From contig JAZSGY010000018.1 in NCBI GenBank assembly GCA_045532985.1, positions 1 through 58,344 of the forward strand: 58,344 bases of DNA, read 5' to 3'. This document shows positions 1-9,585 of the stretch, piece by piece. Both the position numbers and the translations under genes were made by a program. The DNA comes from Eubacteriales bacterium. GTDB taxonomy: Bacteria > Bacillota > Clostridia > Oscillospirales > CAG-272. The stretch's first letter is position 1. Each line of letters begins with the position of its first letter. The notes beneath the pieces are model-generated. The model ran no database searches. It saw only the letters and a program-made list of their open reading frames with translations, and had not been told where the DNA came from.

Positions 1-1
1 C

Positions 2-649
2 GCATATCGTGCGCGTGATATCGGCTTTGACCGCGCTCTCATCGGCGGCTACGGTCATGACGACCGCGTCTGTGCATATCCTGCGCTTACCGCCCTTTTC
101 GATGCGGAAAGCGACGACCGCACCGTCCTTATCGTCTTAGCGGATAAGGAGGAGGTGGGAAGCGACGGCGTCAGCGGTATGCAGTGCGATCTGATCCGCG
201 ACCTGCTCGATGCGATCGCGGCTTCGGCAAACCTGAATCCTGCCGCCGTGCGTGCCGCATCCAAATGCCTTTCCGCTGACGTCAACGCGGCTTACGACCC
301 GAATTTTGCCGACGTTTACGAACGCCGCAACAGCGCAATGATCTCCTGCGGCACTACGCTCTCCAAGTACACGGGCGCACGCGGCAAATCCTCGACCAAC
401 GATGCCTCTGCCGAATACGTCGGTTATATCCGCCGCCTGTTTGCAAAGGAGGGCGTGCTTTGGCAGACCGCTGAGCTTGGCCGCGTCGATGCGGGTGGCG
501 GCGGTACAGTTGCCAAGTATATTGCAAAGCTGAATATCGACACCGTCGATATCGGTGTTCCCGTCATTTCGATGCACGCGCCGTACGAGGTGATCTCGAA
601 GGCAGACCTCTATACGACCTACGAGGCATTCGCCGCGTTCATCAAATAA
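2..649 (+). CDS. M18-family aminopeptidase, C-terminal part (5' end lies upstream of the window)
   Basis: Frame 2 is open from nt 2. The translation AYRARDIGFDRALIGGYGHDDRVCAYPAL...LADKEEVGSDG...VPVISMHAPYEV carries blocks typical of M18 aminopeptidases. The Met at 155 in the ORF track is internal. Confidence 0.8.
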   Translation, partial: AYRARDIGFDRALIGGYGHDDRVCAYPALTALFDAESDDRTVLIVLADKEEVGSDGVSGMQCDLIRDLLDAIAASANLNPAAVRAASKCLSADVNAAYDPNFADVYERRNSAMISCGTTLSKYTGARGKSSTNDASAEYVGYIRRLFAKEGVLWQTAELGRVDAGGGGTVAKYIAKLNIDTVDIGVPVISMHAPYEVISKADLYTTYEAFAAFIK

Positions 650-651
650 GT

Positions 652-1725
652 ATGCTTGAAAAACTGAAACGGGCAGAGGAGCGCTTTCTGGAAATCGAGA
701 GCAATCTTGCCGCCCCCGACTTGATGGCAAGCCCCGATAAATATCTGCAGTTGATGAAGGAGTACAAGAGCCTAACTCCTATTGTTGAAAAATACAGGGA
801 ATATATCGGGGCAGAGAATAATATGACAGAAGCCGAGGAGCTTTCACGCACCGCAGGCGGCGATACCGAGCTGCGCGAGCTTGCACAGGCTGAGTACAAG
901 GCTGAAAAGGCACGCGCCGAAAAATGCAAGGAGGAGCTGACCGTCCTTCTGCTCCCGCGTGATCCCGACGACGATAAAAACGTCATTATGGAGATCCGCG
1001 CAGGGGCGGGCGGTGAGGAGGCGGCGCTTTTTGCCGCCGACCTCTACCGTATGTATACGATGTATACGGCGGGTGCCTCTTACCGCACCGAACTGCTTTC
1101 CGCAAACGAGACCGAGCTTGGAGGCTTCCGCGAGATCTCCTTTCTGATCAGCGGCGAGAACGCCTTTTCACGCTTCAAATTCGAGCGCGGCGTTCACCGC
1201 GTTCAGCGCGTTCCCGAAACAGAGGCACAGGGGCGCATCCAGACCTCGACCGTCACCGTCGCCGTTCTCCCCGAGGTGGAGGAGGTCGACGTACAGATCA
1301 ACCCCGCCGACTTAAAGATCGAGACCTGCAAGAGCAGTGGGGCGGGCGGTCAGCATATCAATAAAACCGAATCTGCGATCCGCATTCTGCACGTCCCCTC
1401 GGGGATCGTCGTGGAGTGTCAGGAGGAGCGCAGTCAGTTCAAAAACCGAGACAAGGCAATGCGTATGCTCCGCGCAAAGCTATACGAGATCAAACAAACC
1501 GAGCAAAACGAAAAAATTGCATCCGACCGTAAAAGTCAGGTCGGTACGGGCGACCGTAGCGAGCGCATCCGCACCTACAATTTCCCGCAGGGGCGCGTGA
1601 CCGATCACCGCATCGGCTTGACGCTCTATACCCTCGATCGCTTTATGAACGGAGAGATCGCGGGGATGCTTGACGCACTTGCAACCGCCGACACTGCAGA
1701 ACGCTTGAAAGGGGCGACCTCTTGA
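652..1725 (+). CDS. prfA: peptide chain release factor 1
   Basis: 357 aa. It has the GGQ motif (SSGAGGQHINKTESAIRILH) and the RF1-type block VQRVPETEAQGRIQTST. It starts 3 nt after the preceding stop. Confidence 0.95.
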   Translation: MLEKLKRAEERFLEIESNLAAPDLMASPDKYLQLMKEYKSLTPIVEKYREYIGAENNMTEAEELSRTAGGDTELRELAQAEYKAEKARAEKCKEELTVLLLPRDPDDDKNVIMEIRAGAGGEEAALFAADLYRMYTMYTAGASYRTELLSANETELGGFREISFLISGENAFSRFKFERGVHRVQRVPETEAQGRIQTSTVTVAVLPEVEEVDVQINPADLKIETCKSSGAGGQHINKTESAIRILHVPSGIVVECQEERSQFKNRDKAMRMLRAKLYEIKQTEQNEKIASDRKSQVGTGDRSERIRTYNFPQGRVTDHRIGLTLYTLDRFMNGEIAGMLDALATADTAERLKGATS

Positions 1726-2768
1726 ACACCGTTACTTATCAGATAGAGGAAATAGACGCAAAACAGACCGATGCCGCCATCAGTCACGCGGCAGACGTTC
1801 TGCGCCACGGCGGTCTTGTCGTTTTCCCGACCGAAACCGTCTACGGACTTGGCGGCAATGCCCTCGATCCCACCGCATCCGCGAAGATCTACGCCGCCAA
1901 GGGGCGTCCATCCGACAATCCCCTGATCATACATATTGCTGATCCTAAGGATGCAGAGACGTATACTTATACAGATCTGCTATATTATTCCTTGGCAGAA
2001 CGTTTTATGCCGGGGCCGCTCACCGTCATTATGGAGGCGCGCGAAAACGTTCCGAAGGAGGTGCGCGCAGGGCTTCCGACGGTTGCTGTCCGTTGCCCCG
2101 CACATCCGCTTGCCAATCGCTTGATCCGCGCGGCGGGCGTTCCCGTCGCCGCTCCCTCCGCCAACCTTTCGGGCAAGCCGTCCCCGACCGAGGGACGTCA
2201 CGTGCGTGCAGATATGGATGGACGGGTCGACGTGATCCTTGACGGCGGTGCCGCATCGATCGGTGTTGAGTCCACGATCGTGAAGATCGAAAAGGACGGT
2301 GGTCTACTTTTGCTTCGCCCCGGAGGCATCACGGTCGACGATCTTCGCACCGTATGCCCCGATATCCGCGTTGCCGATGCCGTTACGGGTGCGCTGAAGG
2401 AGGGACAGACGGTCCTTTCCCCGGGTATGAAATACCGTCACTACGCGCCCGATGCGCCGCTTTTCCTTCTTGACGGCGACGCCGAGGCACGCATCGCGCA
2501 TATCAGGAATGCGAAGGGGCGCGTTGCCGTGCTTTCCTACCGTGAGGAGCTGTCCTTGCTTTCCGATCGGGACGATCTCATTCTGCTTGACGTTGGCGGT
2601 CGACAGGATACCGCAACGCAGGCACACCGTCTGTTTTCCCTGCTTCGGGATGCGGACGCGCTCTCACCCGACGTCATATTCGCCCCTCTGCCGTCTATGG
2701 ACGGAATGGGGCTCGCACTCTATAACCGAATGATCCGCGCCGCGGCACATCAAATCTTAAAACTCTAA
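1722..2768 (+). CDS. tsaC: L-threonylcarbamoyladenylate synthase (Sua5/YwlC long form)
   Basis: The TTG start overlaps the prfA stop (TTGA). YrdC-domain motifs are VVFPTETVYGLGGNAL and AAPSANLSGKPSPT. At 348 aa it includes the C-terminal Sua5 domain. Confidence 0.9.
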   Translation: MNTVTYQIEEIDAKQTDAAISHAADVLRHGGLVVFPTETVYGLGGNALDPTASAKIYAAKGRPSDNPLIIHIADPKDAETYTYTDLLYYSLAERFMPGPLTVIMEARENVPKEVRAGLPTVAVRCPAHPLANRLIRAAGVPVAAPSANLSGKPSPTEGRHVRADMDGRVDVILDGGAASIGVESTIVKIEKDGGLLLLRPGGITVDDLRTVCPDIRVADAVTGALKEGQTVLSPGMKYRHYAPDAPLFLLDGDAEARIAHIRNAKGRVAVLSYREELSLLSDRDDLILLDVGGRQDTATQAHRLFSLLRDADALSPDVIFAPLPSMDGMGLALYNRMIRAAAHQILKL

Positions 2769-2780
2769 AGCGAGGTACCC

Positions 2781-5012
2781 ATGGCAAGAAAAAAGAAAAA
2801 TGAAGAACCGCTTTTCATTCCCGAGGCGGAGGTGACCTATCAGCCGATCACCGAAACCATTGAAAAGAACTATATGCCGTACGTTATGAGCGTTATCATT
2901 TCGCGTGCGCTCCCCGACATCGACGGCTTTAAGCCCTCACACAGAAAGCTGCTTTATACGATGTATAAAATGGGACTTCTGACGGGACATCGCATCAAAA
3001 GCGCAAACGTCGTCGGACAAACGATGCATCTGCATCCGCACGGTGACGCCGCCATTTATGAAACGATGGTGCGTCTGACACGCGGCAACGAGGCACTTCT
3101 TCATCCCTTCGTCGACTCGAAGGGTAACTTCGGTAAGCAGTACAGCCGCGATATGGCGTACGCCGCCTCGCGTTATACTGAGGTCAAGCTCGATCCATTC
3201 TGTGCTGAGCTTTTCAGCGGCATCGATAAAAACGCCGTAGAAATGGTACCGAACTACGATAACACGACCACGGAGCCCGTACTGCTCCCCACCACCTTCC
3301 CGAACATTCTCGTGTCGCCGAACCTCGGTATTGCCGTCGGTATGGCGTGCTCGATCTGCTCCTTCAACCTTGCTGAGATCTGCGACGGAACGGTCGCACT
3401 CCTCAAGAATCCGAACGTCAGCGTTGATCGGATGCTCGACATCGTCAAGGCACCCGATTTTCCGGGCGGTGCGCTTTTGCTCTACGAGCGCGAAAAGATG
3501 AAGGAGATCTATACGACGGGTGTTGGCAGTGTCCGCCTGCGTGCGCGTTACAGCTACGACAAGGCAGAGAACTGCATTGACATTCTGCAGATCCCGTATA
3601 CTGCAAGCATTGAAGCGATCATGAAGAAGGTCAGTGATCTGATCAAGGAGGGCAAGCTCAAGGAGGTCGTTGACTTCCGTGATGCGATCGACCTCAACGG
3701 CTTCAAGCTGACCCTTGATCTGCGCCGCGGTGCCGATCCCGATAAGGTGATGGCAAAGCTCTACAAGCAAACGCAGCTCGAGGACAGCTTTGACTGCAAC
3801 TTCAACGTTATCATCGACGGCACGCCCCGCCAAATGGGCGTCATCGATATTTTGAAGGAATGGATCCGCTTCCGCACGGGCTGTTATCGCCGTGAGCTGG
3901 AATATGAGCTTGGCAAGAAGAACGAAAAGCTTCACCTTTTGCTCGGCCTTGGCCGCATCCTTCTTGATATTGATAAGGCGATCGCCATCGTGCGCTCGAC
4001 CGAAAAGGAGTCCGAGGTCGTCAAAAACCTGATGGAGGCGTTCGGTCTTTCGCAAACGCAGGCGGAATACGTCGCCGAGATCAAGCTCCGTCACCTCAAC
4101 CGCGAATACATCGCCGCACGGATCAGCGAGATCGAAAAGCTGCAGGAGGAGATCGCAGAGCTGGAATCCATTCTCGGTGACGAGCTGAAGCTGAAGGCGA
4201 AGATCGCCGCCCAGCTGACAGAGATCAAGAAAAAGTACGGAAAGGCGCGCAAAACACAGTTGATCTCACCCGAGGAGGTCGTCTATGAGGAAGAAGAGGA
4301 GGAGGTTGAAAACTACAACGTCCGCCTCGTTATGACGAAGGACGGCTACTTCAAGAAGATCACCGCACAGTCCCTGCGCGGCAACGACGTGCAGGCACTG
4401 AAGGAGGGCGACTCGATCGTCTATCAGGTCGATACCGACAACCGCGGGGAGCTTTTGTTCTTTACCAACCGTGGACAGGTCTACAAGAGCCGCGTTGCCG
4501 ACTTCGACCAGGTCAAGGCATCCGTTCTCGGCGAGTACGTACCCGCAAAGCTTGGAATGGATGACGGTGAAAAGCCCTTGATGTGCCGTATGATCTACGA
4601 ATACGATCCAAAGCATAACGTCATTTTCCTTTTTGAAAACGGAAAGGGCGTTCGCGTTCCGCTTTCGGCGTACGAGACGAAGGGTAACCGTAAGCGTCTG
4701 ACCTCAGCCTACTCAACGGCGTCACCCGCCGTCGGCATCATCTATGAGGATAAGAAAAAGGACGTGCTGATCGTCAGCGACGGCGGCAGGGCGATTTTGA
4801 TCGAATCGGATCTGATCCCCTTGAAGACCACGCGCACCTCCTCGGGTGTTACGCTCTTGCAGATCAAGGGCAAGCAAAAGGTCATCGAGGCAACCGATCA
4901 GTTCACTGACCGCTACGAGCACGCCGATAAGTACAGAAAGCGCAAGATCCCAAGCACGGGCTACAACCTGCTTGAAAATGCGTTAAAACAGCAAAGCATT
5001 GATTTTGACTGA
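2781..5012 (+). CDS. parC: type IIA DNA topoisomerase subunit A (ParC/GyrA family, ParC-like length)
   Basis: 743 aa. The N-terminal block is YMPYVMSVIISRALPDIDGFKPSHRKLLYTM...HPHGDAAIYETMVRL, and the catalytic Tyr context is AASRYTEVKL. A GAGGT RBS lies upstream. I saw no GyrA-box in the C-terminal domain, and the protein is shorter than typical GyrA. Confidence 0.85.
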   Translation: MARKKKNEEPLFIPEAEVTYQPITETIEKNYMPYVMSVIISRALPDIDGFKPSHRKLLYTMYKMGLLTGHRIKSANVVGQTMHLHPHGDAAIYETMVRLTRGNEALLHPFVDSKGNFGKQYSRDMAYAASRYTEVKLDPFCAELFSGIDKNAVEMVPNYDNTTTEPVLLPTTFPNILVSPNLGIAVGMACSICSFNLAEICDGTVALLKNPNVSVDRMLDIVKAPDFPGGALLLYEREKMKEIYTTGVGSVRLRARYSYDKAENCIDILQIPYTASIEAIMKKVSDLIKEGKLKEVVDFRDAIDLNGFKLTLDLRRGADPDKVMAKLYKQTQLEDSFDCNFNVIIDGTPRQMGVIDILKEWIRFRTGCYRRELEYELGKKNEKLHLLLGLGRILLDIDKAIAIVRSTEKESEVVKNLMEAFGLSQTQAEYVAEIKLRHLNREYIAARISEIEKLQEEIAELESILGDELKLKAKIAAQLTEIKKKYGKARKTQLISPEEVVYEEEEEEVENYNVRLVMTKDGYFKKITAQSLRGNDVQALKEGDSIVYQVDTDNRGELLFFTNRGQVYKSRVADFDQVKASVLGEYVPAKLGMDDGEKPLMCRMIYEYDPKHNVIFLFENGKGVRVPLSAYETKGNRKRLTSAYSTASPAVGIIYEDKKKDVLIVSDGGRAILIESDLIPLKTTRTSSGVTLLQIKGKQKVIEATDQFTDRYEHADKYRKRKIPSTGYNLLENALKQQSIDFD

Positions 5013-5023
5013 ACAAAAAATGG

Positions 5024-5054
5024 GGCACCTTGTATTTTTTACAAGGTGCCTTTT
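5024..5054 (+). terminator. rho-independent terminator after parC
   Basis: An 11-bp perfect stem pairs ggcaccttgta (5024-5034) with tacaaggtgcc (5040-5050). The loop is 5 nt and is followed by TTTT. Confidence 0.8.
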
Positions 5055-5118
5055 CGTATGGAATCGCACGCTTTTGCAAACGATAGATGCAAAGTATTGC
5101 GAAGTGAGGTCAAAAACA

Positions 5119-6429
5119 ATGAAAACAAAGCTTTTCTTACCGCTCCTTTTGCTTTCCGTTCTCTGTATATTCACAGGGTGCAAGAGCAACAAGGACGAGA
5201 TATATTACTTGAATTTCAAGCCGGAGGTCGCATCGGTATACGATGAGATCGCCACCGCGTATAAAAAAGAAACGGGTGTCAGTCTGCGCGTTGCGACCGC
5301 GGCGTCCGGCACCTATGAGCAAACCTTAAAATCGGAGATCGGAAAAACCGACGCTCCGACTATTTTCCAGATCAACGGTCCGCAGGGATACGCCGCCTGG
5401 AAGGACTACTGCGCAGATCTCTCAGAGACCGACATCTATAAGCACCTGAGCGATCCCTCGCTCGCTCTGCGTACCGAGAACGGTGTGTACGGCATCCCCT
5501 ACGTGGTAGAGGGCTACGGGATCATCTACAACGAGGAGATTACCGATAAATACCTTGCTCTTAAAAACCGTGCGACCGACATCCGCTCGATGGAGGACAT
5601 CAAAAGCTTTGCGACCCTGAAGGCGGTCGTCGAGGATATGACGCGTCACAAGTCCGAGCTTGGTATTTCGGGCGTGTTCGCCGCCACCTCTCTCAAATCG
5701 GGCGAGGATTGGCGTTGGCAAACGCATCTTGCAAACGTCCCGATCCATTATGAGCTGACCGAGGACGGAAAGGGGCTCACTACGATCCCCGATACCGCAG
5801 ATTTTCGTTATGCTAACGAATACAAGCAGCTCTTTGATCTTTACGTGAACAATTCCACCGTTGACAAGAAGCTCTTGGGGTCAAAGGAGGTCGCCGATTC
5901 GATGGCGGAATTCGCCCTCGGAAAGTGCGCGATGGTGCAAAACGGCAACTGGGCATACGGACAGATCTCGGGCATTGACGGCAACGTTGTCAAGGCAGAC
6001 AAGATCAAAATGCTCCCCCTCTATACAGGACACGATGGGGAAGAACGGCAGGGCATTTGCATCGGTACCGAAAACTATCTTGCCATCAACAGTAAGGCAA
6101 GCCCCGAGCAGCAAAAGGCGGCGGCGGATTTCCTCTATTGGCTGTACAGCAGTGATACGGGCAAGGAATTCGTAACCGACAAGCTGCAGTTTATCGCACC
6201 GTTTGACACCTTTGAAAAGGAGGATCGACCGAAGGATCCCCTGGGTGCCGAGGTCTATCGTTGGCAGGAAAAGGAGGACGTTCAGAATCTGCCGTGGACG
6301 TTCACCGTCTTCCCCGGTCAGAATTTTAAGAAGGATTTCGGTGCCGCTCTGCTTCAGTACGTGCAGGGAACGAAGACCTGGTCGCAGGTCGTCGACACCT
6401 TTAAGAATCGCTGGGCGGAGGAGAGCTGA
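5119..6429 (+). CDS. sugar ABC transporter substrate-binding lipoprotein (family 1 SBP)
   Basis: The ATG at 5119 follows a GAGG RBS. The signal peptide and lipobox are MKTKLFLPLLLLSVLCIFTGC. The ORF-track start at 4999 would overlap parC and its terminator. Confidence 0.85.
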   Translation: MKTKLFLPLLLLSVLCIFTGCKSNKDEIYYLNFKPEVASVYDEIATAYKKETGVSLRVATAASGTYEQTLKSEIGKTDAPTIFQINGPQGYAAWKDYCADLSETDIYKHLSDPSLALRTENGVYGIPYVVEGYGIIYNEEITDKYLALKNRATDIRSMEDIKSFATLKAVVEDMTRHKSELGISGVFAATSLKSGEDWRWQTHLANVPIHYELTEDGKGLTTIPDTADFRYANEYKQLFDLYVNNSTVDKKLLGSKEVADSMAEFALGKCAMVQNGNWAYGQISGIDGNVVKADKIKMLPLYTGHDGEERQGICIGTENYLAINSKASPEQQKAAADFLYWLYSSDTGKEFVTDKLQFIAPFDTFEKEDRPKDPLGAEVYRWQEKEDVQNLPWTFTVFPGQNFKKDFGAALLQYVQGTKTWSQVVDTFKNRWAEES

Positions 6430-7274
6430 TGGGACGTTCCTTGAAACGTTGGTTTCCCGTTTTCGTTCTGCCGCTTTCTCTTGCCTTTCTCATCGCCTTC
6501 GTTATCCCCTTTCTGTTCGGTATTTACCTTTCCTTCACGCGCTTTACGACCGTCGGGGATGCGAGCTTCGTCGGGCTGTCCAATTACGTGACAGCCCTGA
6601 CGAAGGATGAGAATTTTCTGCGTGCCCTTTGGTTCACGGTTAAGTTTACGGTGGTATCGGTGATCAGCGTCAACGTCGTCGCCTTTCTTTTTGCGCTGAT
6701 TTTGACGCGCGGCATTCGCGGAACGAACGTCTTTCGTACCGTCTTTTTTATGCCGAACCTCATCGGCGGCATCGTGCTTGGGTATATCTGGCAGCTCATC
6801 ATCAACGGCGTGCTTTTACGCTTCGGCGTCGATATCACCTACGATGCGACCTACGGCTTCTGGGGACTCGTCGTGCTGATGAATTGGCAAATGATCGGCT
6901 ATATGATGATCATTTATATCGCAGGGCTGCAAAATATTCCGCCCGAGATGGGGGAGGTAGCGGCAATCGACGGAGCAGGTCCCTTACAGATCTTGCGCCA
7001 TATCACCCTTCCGCTCGTTTCTTCCTCTATAACGATCTGTACCTTCCTGACCCTTACCAACTCCTTTAAGCTCTTCGACCAGAACTACGCCTTAACGGGC
7101 GGTGCTCCGGGGCGCGAAAGCTCTATGCTCGCACTTGATATTTTTGAGACCTTTTACGGCTCGGTCGGCAGTGAGGGGGTCGGGCAGGCAAAGGCGGTGC
7201 TCTTTTTCCTGATCGTTGCCGCGATCGCGCTGATCCAGCTGAGGATCAGCAGAAAGAGGGAGGTGGACGTATGA
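6429..7274 (+). CDS. carbohydrate ABC transporter permease (MalF/UgpA type)
   Basis: Multi-TM protein with the EAA-type loop EVAAIDGAGPLQILRHITLPL. Its ATG overlaps the upstream stop (TGATG). Confidence 0.9.
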   Translation: MGRSLKRWFPVFVLPLSLAFLIAFVIPFLFGIYLSFTRFTTVGDASFVGLSNYVTALTKDENFLRALWFTVKFTVVSVISVNVVAFLFALILTRGIRGTNVFRTVFFMPNLIGGIVLGYIWQLIINGVLLRFGVDITYDATYGFWGLVVLMNWQMIGYMMIIYIAGLQNIPPEMGEVAAIDGAGPLQILRHITLPLVSSSITICTFLTLTNSFKLFDQNYALTGGAPGRESSMLALDIFETFYGSVGSEGVGQAKAVLFFLIVAAIALIQLRISRKREVDV

Positions 7275-8101
7275 AACGGCGTGCAGCGAACCTTCTGTTT
7301 TTCATCCTGATGTGCGTATTGGCAGCGATCTTCGTCTTGCCGATTTTGATCGTTCTTTTCAATTCGTTCAAGGGGCAGTTTTTTATTACCTCCGCGCCCT
7401 TTTCACTCCCTACGGGCGATACCTTTGCAGGGGTGCGAAATTACGTGGCGGGTATTGAAAAGATCGGATTTTTCAGCGCCCTCGGTTATTCCTTCTTCAT
7501 TACGGTGACCTCGGTCTTTCTTCTGGTACTGCTTTCCGCAATGACGGCTTGGTTTCTCGTGCGTGTGAAAAACCGATACACCACGGCACTTTACTACGCC
7601 TTCGTGTTCAGTATGATCGTTCCCTTCCAGATGGTGATGTACACGATGTCCCGCATTGCCAACCTTTTGGGGCTTGAAAACCCCGTCGGTATCGTCGTTT
7701 TGTATCTTGGATTTGGCGCAGGGCTATCCGTGTTTCTCTTTTCGGGCTTCGTCCGCTCGATCCCGATCGCTATCGAGGAGGCGGCACAGATCGACGGCTG
7801 TAACCCCCTCACGATGTTCTTCCGTGTGATCTTTCCGCTGTTACGCCCCTCGGCGATCACGGTTGCCGTACTCAACGCTATGTGGATCTGGAACGATTAT
7901 CTGCTTCCGTATCTTGTCATCGGGACAAGGTACAAAACGATACCCGTCGCCGTACAATACTTGCAGGGCGGGTACGGATCCCGCGATATGGGGGCACTGA
8001 TGGCTATGCTGATCCTTTCGATCTTACCGATCATTCTGTTTTACGCATTGGCACAAAAGTATATCATTCGCGGTGTCGTCGCGGGAGCGGTGAAGGGATG
8101 A
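7271..8101 (+). CDS. carbohydrate ABC transporter permease (MalG/UgpE type)
   Basis: Multi-TM protein with the EAA loop EEAAQIDGCNPLTMFFRVIFPLLRP. It overlaps the upstream gene by 4 nt. Confidence 0.9.
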   Translation: MKRRAANLLFFILMCVLAAIFVLPILIVLFNSFKGQFFITSAPFSLPTGDTFAGVRNYVAGIEKIGFFSALGYSFFITVTSVFLLVLLSAMTAWFLVRVKNRYTTALYYAFVFSMIVPFQMVMYTMSRIANLLGLENPVGIVVLYLGFGAGLSVFLFSGFVRSIPIAIEEAAQIDGCNPLTMFFRVIFPLLRPSAITVAVLNAMWIWNDYLLPYLVIGTRYKTIPVAVQYLQGGYGSRDMGALMAMLILSILPIILFYALAQKYIIRGVVAGAVKG

Positions 8102-9585
8102 GTCAGGGGCGTCTTACACGCGGCGCGGGCGTGCTTTTGCCGATCTTTTCGCTCCCGTCGGACTACGGGATCGGTGCGATGGGCATGGCGGCGTACGGCT
8201 TCATTGATTTTCTCGTAGCGTCGGGACAGAAATATTGGCAGGTTCTGCCGATGGGACCCACCATTTTCGGTGACAGTCCCTATCAAAGCCCCTCCGCCTT
8301 CGCGGGCAATCCGTATTTCATTGATATCAATGCGTTGGTACGCGACGGATGGCTCTCCCGCATTGACAAAAATCTGCTCTATGCCGAGGATCCCTCGCGC
8401 GTCGATTACGCGCGCCTTTACCAAACGCGTCACCGCGTGCTGAGGCAGAGCTTTGAAGAAAGCATCAACCGTCTCGATCAAAGCTTCACGCAGTTTTGTA
8501 GCGATGCCGCGTGGTGGCTTGACGACTACGCCCTGTTTGCAACGCTGAAAAACGAGATCGGCGGCGGCGCTTGGACGGATTTTCCAAGCGATCTGCGAGA
8601 GCGTAGAGGGCGTGCGCTCCTCGCCTATAAGGAGGCACACGAGCGCGAGACCCTGTACCATAAATTCGTGCAGTATCTCTTCTTCTTGCAGTGGTCACGC
8701 GTGCGGGCGTATGCAAGGGAACGCGACGTTACGATCATCGGCGATCTTCCGATCTATCTTGCCTTTGACAGTGCCGACGTCTGGGCACGTCGGGAATTGT
8801 TTGAGCTGGATCCCGACGGCTTCCCCTCACGCGTCGCGGGCGTGCCGCCTGACCGCTTTTCCGAGGACGGTCAGCTTTGGGGAAATCCGCTTTACCGCTG
8901 GGACGTGATAGAGCGCGAGAATTTCGAATTCTTCCGCCGCCGCGCACAAAGCGCGGCAGAGCTTTACGACGTTTTGCGGATCGATCATTTTATTGGCTTC
9001 GTCAATTATTACGCGATCCCGCGGGGCGCCGCTACGGCGAGGGAGGGATGCTGGAACGACGTTCCCTATCGCGGACTCTTTGCCGCAATGGAGGAAGCTC
9101 CGCTTCGCTTTATTGCCGAGGATCTCGGCGTTTTAAGTCCGCGCGTAGAGCGGGCACTCACGGAGCTCGGCTACCCCGGAATGAAGATCCTTTCCTTCGC
9201 CTTCGATTCCGACCGTCAGAACGTCAATCTTCCGCACCATTTTACGGAAAATACCGTCGTTTACGGCGGTACGCACGACAATGAGCCGCTTCTTTCTTAT
9301 TTTGCCGCGGCATCGCATTCGGTTCTGGATTTTGCCGCGGATTACCTCGGCGTGCAAGAAAAAAGCCCCGCCGTGATCAGCGAGGCAATTATCAAAGCAG
9401 GGCTTCAAAGCCGTGCCGACGTTGCGATCTTTTCCCTTCAGGATTATCTCGGGATGGGGAGTGAATCGCGCATCAATACACCGTCGGTTATCGGTGGAAA
9501 TTGGTCGTTCCGCTTCGGCGTCGGCGATCTTTCAGAGGCTCTTTCGGAGCGGATGCGGCACCTTGCGGTGAGTGCAGGGCGTTAG
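8098..9585 (+). CDS. malQ: 4-alpha-glucanotransferase (amylomaltase, GH77)
   Basis: The start at 8098 (ATGA overlap with the permease stop) gives MSQGRLTRGAGVLLPIFSLPSDYGIGAMG. GH77 blocks are DLPIYLAFDSADVW, GVPPDRFSEDGQLWGNPLY, LRIDHFIGF and IAEDLG. The ORF-track start at 7882 lies inside the permease gene. Confidence 0.9.
   Translation: MSQGRLTRGAGVLLPIFSLPSDYGIGAMGMAAYGFIDFLVASGQKYWQVLPMGPTIFGDSPYQSPSAFAGNPYFIDINALVRDGWLSRIDKNLLYAEDPSRVDYARLYQTRHRVLRQSFEESINRLDQSFTQFCSDAAWWLDDYALFATLKNEIGGGAWTDFPSDLRERRGRALLAYKEAHERETLYHKFVQYLFFLQWSRVRAYARERDVTIIGDLPIYLAFDSADVWARRELFELDPDGFPSRVAGVPPDRFSEDGQLWGNPLYRWDVIERENFEFFRRRAQSAAELYDVLRIDHFIGFVNYYAIPRGAATAREGCWNDVPYRGLFAAMEEAPLRFIAEDLGVLSPRVERALTELGYPGMKILSFAFDSDRQNVNLPHHFTENTVVYGGTHDNEPLLSYFAAASHSVLDFAADYLGVQEKSPAVISEAIIKAGLQSRADVAIFSLQDYLGMGSESRINTPSVIGGNWSFRFGVGDLSEALSERMRHLAVSAGR

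Noticed and set aside
2937-4094. Long antisense or alternative-frame ORFs in the six-frame track. Examples are 2937-4094(-), 10685-11824(-), 12125-13072(-), 13121-13870(+), 25578-26633(+), 29675-30697(-), 32517-33776(+), 34849-35358(+), 46411-47721(-), 48246-49223(-) and 57199-57741(-).
   Set aside because: Each lies entirely inside a well-supported gene on the other strand or frame. Each has Arg/Ala/Gly-rich, low-complexity translations typical of high-GC antisense frames, and none has an RBS or a family motif.
4999-5118. N-terminal extensions suggested by the ORF track. Examples are 4999-5118, 7882-8097, 15008-15064, 20316-20567, 20431-20475, 32027-32110, 34314-34400, 42609-43016, 49517-49603, 51410-51499, 54434-54577 and 56360-56488.
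   Set aside because: The extensions overlap upstream genes, terminators or promoters. Internal ATGs have Shine-Dalgarno sequences and give the canonical N-termini: signal peptides, family N-terminal motifs, or ATGA/TGATG coupling.
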